Origin: Octopus bimaculoides
Taxonomy: Eukaryota
DNA: 55,061 bases
Assembly: GCF_001194135.2 (NCBI RefSeq)
Contig: NC_068983.1
Coordinates: 95,550,819 to 95,605,879 of the forward strand
Direction: 5' to 3'
Below the pieces are notes generated by a model that saw nothing but the letters and a program-made list of their open reading frames with translations, was not told the origin of the DNA and did not search any database. Shown piece after piece: positions 50,015-55,061 of the stretch (position 1 is the first letter of the stretch; every line of letters starts with the position of its first letter). Both the position numbers and the translations under genes were made by a program.

Positions 50015-50292
50015 GTACCCTGTGGGTCCATATAAGAGTTTTGGGGGTCCACACAAGAAAAAGAGTAGACTGGAGAGCCACAGTAGCATTTTAGGGGACC
50101 ATGAAAAAAATGTTACTTTCGCTGTATTTATTGCATGAAATAGCTAGGTTTCTTTCTCTAATGTTTTACATATTTCAACCTATACGAATTAATGTATAAA
50201 ATCGTTTAAAAACATCGAATGGCAATGGGGTTCACCAGAATAGAATAATAATCAAAGGGGTCCATAGATAAGAAATAGTTGAGAACCACCGA
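50015..50292. mobile_element. hAT-type MITE, related copy
   Basis: Ends AGTTGAGAACCACCG with repeated GGGTCCA(T/C) subterminal motifs; shares GGTCCATATAAGA with 46938. Confidence 0.55.
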
Positions 50293-50965
50293 TGTAGACA
50301 TTATTATAGTAGTATTAATATTGTAAAAGTAAACTTCATTCGAATCCAGTTTAGGATTCAGTTTCCATTTAAAGTTTAAAGTAATGGTTGTCATTCACAT
50401 GACTAACATTTACTGTAATAAAGTATAAATATCATTCTCATGACCAGATCGCATCAATGCGTTTACCATCGTTGTTTCATTGCACAACAGTATGAGAAAT
50501 AAAAATGACCTTGCTTAGCATTACATCAAAGTTAGATTTATCACTGATAGGCTTAAACCGAGGATTGACCATCTGACCCTTGTAATTCTTGTGATTAAAA
50601 ATAAGAATAAAAAAGAAAGAAAGAAATTCTCTTAGTCTATGAAATTATTGCTGTATAAACATGGCTGCATTCTGTAATTCTAACCGACTACTACTCAACA
50701 CAAATCTATATGACTTTTTAACAAACTTGCTAAGTTAAGTATCATTACACATACATTACATACACACACACACACACACGCACACACACATCTATCTATC
50801 TATCTATCCTTCTCTCTCTCTCTCTNNNNNNNNNNTATATATATGTTCGAAACAAAAAAAAACCCCACTCATTTTTCCACCTTTGTTGAGCGTCAAGCTA
50901 ATGCATTCCATACGTACGTCCTCTTGTTTTGTTATTTGTTATTTTTAATGTTCGACTTGACTATA

Positions 50966-51811
50966 TATGGTCTGATCAATAAGTATCCGGACTGTTTTCC
51001 ATAGTAACGATGCAAAAATACGCAGAGCAAAGCCACTTAGCACAGATTGACCTTAACTCTGTTGTGCATGCGTACTAAGTTTTGACGTTCTAACTCACTT
51101 CTGCTGTTTTCACTAGTGCTTGGAAGGAAGGTGTGTAGCATATGATCATCGCATTGACCATGACAAAGAAGGTTGAGCAGAGAACCTGCATCGAATTTTA
51201 CCAAAAGCTTAACGATACCTGCTCAGAGGCTTACACAAAGTCTTCAAAAAGTTTTCATAGTTCTCGACACAATCAAGATCTTGTGCAAGTGAAACCCGAG
51301 TGACTTTTTTGGCCAGCTGAAAGCTGTTTTGGCACAAACTTGGCGACGGTCTCATACTCAACTCTTCAGTGATAATGAACTGAATCGTAACTAATCTGCA
51401 CATCCTTTGATTACTCACGGATGTTGATTCGCCGATTTCCCTCCACAGCTGCATGCACATCTGCGATGTTTTTCTCAGTTCTGCTGGTTGCGGATCATCT
51501 AGAACGTTCGCCAATGTCGACATTTTTTCGGCCATCTTGGAAACGCCTGAACCGCTCGTACTCTTCTATGTGGCTCATACACTTCTCTCCATACATTTTC
51601 TGCAACTTTCTCTGTCATGATCAATGCAATGATCACACATTACACATGTTACTTCCAAGCACTGCAGTAAACAGCGGAAGTGAGCTAGAACGTTAAACTT
51701 AATGCGCATGCACAGCAGAGTTCAAGGTCAATCTGTGCCAAGCGGCTTCACTCTGCATGCTTTAGCTTTGTTACTATGACAATAGTCCTGATACTTATTG
51801 ATCAGATCTCG
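50966..51811. mobile_element. Non-autonomous mariner (Tc1/mariner) derivative made of two inward-facing 5' ends
   Basis: TIR (TATGG/CGAGA)TCTGATCAATAAGTATC(C/A)GGACT at both ends with flanking TA. The plus arm encodes MTKKVEQRTCIEFYQKLNDTCSEAYTK from ATG 51160. The minus arm encodes a decayed mariner HTH region (...RFRRFQDGRKNVD...IITEELSMR...ENFLKTL) from ATG 51618. Confidence 0.85.
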
Positions 51812-51956
51812 TATATATATTTTTACATAACTTATATTTGTGTGTGTGTGTGTACGTGTGTGTGCGTGTGTGTGCGTGTGAGTGTTTGTGTATGTGTGCG
51901 TGTGTGTGTTTGTATGTGTGTGTATATATTTGTTTGTGTATATATATATGTATATA

Positions 51957-52009
<53 letters not shown>

Positions 52010-52556
52010 NNNNNNNNNNNNNNNNNNNNNNNNNNNNNNNNNNNNNNNNNNNNNNNNNNNNNNNNNNNNNNNNNNNNNNNNNNNNNNNNNNNNNNNNNNN
52101 NNNNNNNNNNNNNNNNNNNNNNNNNNNNNNNNNNNNNNNNNNNNNNNNNNNNNNNNNNNNNNNNNNNNNNNNNNNNNNNNNNNNNNNNNNNNNNNNNNNN
52201 NNNNNNNNNNNNNNNNNNNNNNNNNNNNNNNNNNNNNNNNNNNNNNNNNNNNNNNNNNNNNNNNNNNNNNNNNNNNNNNNNNNNNNNNNNNNNNNNNNNN
52301 NNNNNNNNNNNNNNNNNNNNNNNNNNNNNATATTCATGGAGTGCACGATACAGGTTACAGGAAGGAACAAGAAATCAAAACAGAACGGAAGAATTATGTG
52401 AACTCTTATCTCAGTTATTTCAAAACAACCATAAATTACGTAGGAACCACTTCCATACATAACATGCGCATAATGTCATTCATAAGCATGAGTCCTGCGA
52501 CACGTTCCGTTGAAATTTTGGAAGAAAGTTAGGTGCCCCTTCTCAAGAGTAACGTG

Positions 52557-52590
<34 letters not shown>

Positions 52591-52949
52591 TCAGAGAGAT
52601 TATATTCAAGTGTGAGCAACTTTTTTTTTTGTTTCATTGTTTGTCCTCCTCTCTCGCTGGCGTTGAAAGAAGAAAGAACTGCGCCTGATGAGAGAGGTGA
52701 CTGAAAGAGAAAGTGTTTAAAGATTGATGGATTAAGTTAGATTAGATCAGATTAGATAAGATAAACAACATACATAGAGAGAGATAAATAAAAAGAGAGA
52801 GAGAGACATAGAAAGAAGGAGAGATAGGTAGATAGGCATATAGATAGAGAGATAGATGAATTGATAGACAGATAGACTGATGGATAAATAGATAGATGGA
52901 TGGATGGATGGATGAATATATATATATATATATATTATTGTTGTATTTC

Positions 52950-53678
52950 AGGATGGTCATGTTGCCAGTTTAGCCAATAAAAACACACGCACTATATACT
53001 TGGTGTTCACTTGCTTCAGCTTTATTTTACATTAATCGTATTTCGGCCAAAGTTCTTTCATCGCACTTCTGTGATCTCATTAGTGGTCCTTTGCTTCTTT
53101 CCTTACTAATGATCAGCAGTTTTGTATTCCTATTGTGTCTTTGTTTGCACATGCGTATACCTCTGTGTGTCTATGTTTGGTGCGTGTATGTATGTGTGTG
53201 TATTTTCAGGGGAATGTGCGTGTACTATCAGTATCCCCGGTTTATACACTTTCATTTAATTTGTTTTTATTTTATTCATTTGTTTATATCTACTTATTTT
53301 TCTTTTCTTTCCTTTTTTGCATTAAATTAAATTAAATTTATTTTGTTAACGTATATAGTTATTTAATTCCATTTATTTATCTGTATATTGTATTATATTA
53401 TATGCATATTGTTATCAGTTTATGGGGATCTTATTCTGTCATAGGTTGTGGTGTGTTGGGTGTGTGTGTTAGTTTCCTATTCAGGCTAGGTTTATCTTCT
53501 ATTATGTGTGCAGCTTTTGTAATTTGTCTAAGCGTTGGGTCTGTTCTATGTGTGGACAAGATTTTAACCTCTATGCTGTTGAGCGAGCCCCGTGTTCCTG
53601 CTCGGCATGCTGGTACAGAACCGATGAGCTCTTCTCTTCCTTAAGTTCCCTCCAATGTTCATTTACTCGCTCTCCTAT
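52950..53678 (-). mobile_element. 5'-truncated Penelope-like retroelement (GIY-YIG C-terminus, 3' region and hammerhead-like motif)
   Basis: Minus strand 53678-53470 translates, with one frameshift, as IGERVNEHWRELKEEKSSSVLYQHAEQEHG / SIEVKILSTHRTDPTLRQITKAAHIIEDKPSLNRKL, typical of a PLE GIY-YIG C-terminus. A hammerhead-like core lies downstream at 53049-53089. Confidence 0.7.
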
Positions 53679-54486
53679 GCCCCCCCAAAACAACAGTTCG
53701 CAAAATTGAGTCACTTCGCCCGACTGCAGGCAGACAAATGTCCGGGACCCAGTGAGGGTTTCTTATTTGAAAAAATAAAAACAATATCAAACAACAAAGC
53801 CTCACTAAATCTCCTCTCCCCCCAAAAAGATGCCCACCTCACAGTCACGCCTTCAAAATTTCTTCCTTTCAAGACGGCCTCGAAAGCACGTCTTGACAAC
53901 AATTAATGTGNNNNNNNNNNNNNNNNNNNNNNNNNNNNNNNNNNNNNNNNNNNNNNNNNNNNNNNNNNNNNNNNNNNNNNNNNNNNNNNNNNNNNNNNNN
54001 NNNNNNNNNNNNNNNNNNNNNNNNNNNNNNNNNNNNNNNNNNNNNNNNNNNNNNNNNNNNNNNNNNNNNNNNNNNNNNNNNNNNNNNNNNNNNNNNNNNN
54101 NNNNNNNNNNNNNNNNNNNNNNNNNNNNNNNNNNNNNNNNNNNNNNNNNNNNNNNNNNNNNNNNNNNNNNNNNNNNNNNNNNNNNNNNNNNNNNNNNNNN
54201 NNNNNNNNNNNNNNNNNNNNNNNNNNNNNNNNNNNNNNNNNNNNNNNNNNNNNNNNNNNNNNNNNNNNNNNNNNNNNNNNNNNNNNNNNNNNNNNNNNNN
54301 NNNNNNNNNNNNNNNNNNNNNNNNNNNNNNNNNNNNNNNNNNNNNNNNNNNNNNNNNNNNNNNNNNNNNNNNNNNNNNNNNNNNNNNNNNNNNNNNNNNN
54401 NNNNNNNNNNNNNNNNNNNNNNNNNNNNNNNNNNNNNNNNNNNNNNNNNCAAACAGACAGACAGATAGATAGACAGATAGATAGAC

Positions 54487-54534
<48 letters not shown>

Positions 54535-55061
54535 CAGTGAATGAAAGACAGAAGAATAGAAATATAATACGAGAGAGAGGGAGAAGTGACAAGAAGAACA
54601 AGTGAAGTGGAGAGAAAGAGAGAGAAATACGTGTATGATGTAGAAAAGTCGTGAGACTTTTGGAAATGAATAGAGGGATATCTATAAAAATGCCTGTGTG
54701 TGTATATATAAAAGTAGTTTGAGGGATGTCTATCTATCTACCATTTTATAATGTACACACATTTACATACACATTCACACACACTCACACACAAACAAAT
54801 ACATACAGACACACACTCACGAACAAGCATATATATATATATATGCGTACATTCATTCATACATTCATTCGTATATACATTCATCCTAGTCTCCTTGTCT
54901 TATATGTGAGTTGGTCCGTTTCTACAGCTGGTGTCAACTTTTCTAAGATCAATGAAACCGCATCTAAATTTACGGAACATGTAACTGCACATGAGATAAT
55001 AGATGCCTGTATGTGTGTGTGAGTGTGTATGTGTGTTTATGCACACATATATATATATATA

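Noticed and set aside
50523-50531. Second perfect ACATCAAAG TCF site (with 43709)
   Set aside because: One or two hits of this AT-rich 9-mer in ~50 kb are roughly what chance would give; no enrichment claim is possible.
53506-53709. Cys-rich plus-strand ORF (CSFC...CSMC...CSCSAC) resembling a zinc finger
   Set aside because: It is the antisense reading of the Penelope GIY-YIG fragment.
6884-54601. Numerous ORFs containing X runs or YI/CV/HT/SL dipeptide repeats
   Set aside because: Artefacts of N gaps and (TA)n, (CA)n and (GA)n repeats.

Overview
AT-rich, microsatellite-dense eukaryotic genomic DNA with about 15 assembly gaps (N runs). The SINE families and repeat landscape look like an octopus (coleoid cephalopod) genome; this is from recall, not a database search. 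The window holds one clear protein-coding gene, a NET-family (Noc/Elbow/TLP-1; vertebrate ZNF503/ZNF703) C2H2 zinc-finger repressor on the + strand. It is split into a 63-nt coding exon 1 (4204-4266, MLTPTSTQYHYPEYLQPLPTT, missed by the ORF track) and exon 2 (34594-36144), joined across a ~30.3-kb phase-0 GT-AG intron to give a predicted 537-aa protein. The rest is non-coding. It contains three tRNA-derived SINE families, Penelope-like remnants with hammerhead-ribozyme-like cores, a mariner derivative built from two 5' ends, pogo/Tigger and CR1-like fragments, several MITEs, two minisatellites and some unexplained unique islands that may be regulatory. Nearly all other ORFs in the track come from microsatellites or N gaps. 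I found no rRNA, true tRNA or CRISPR. The best leads are the giant-intron gene structure, the apparent loss of the FKPY Groucho motif, the hammerhead-like cores, the inverted two-headed mariner, a TALE-site-rich 31-bp array 3' of the gene and a pre-miRNA-sized intronic hairpin. I cannot claim a wholly new system from sequence alone.
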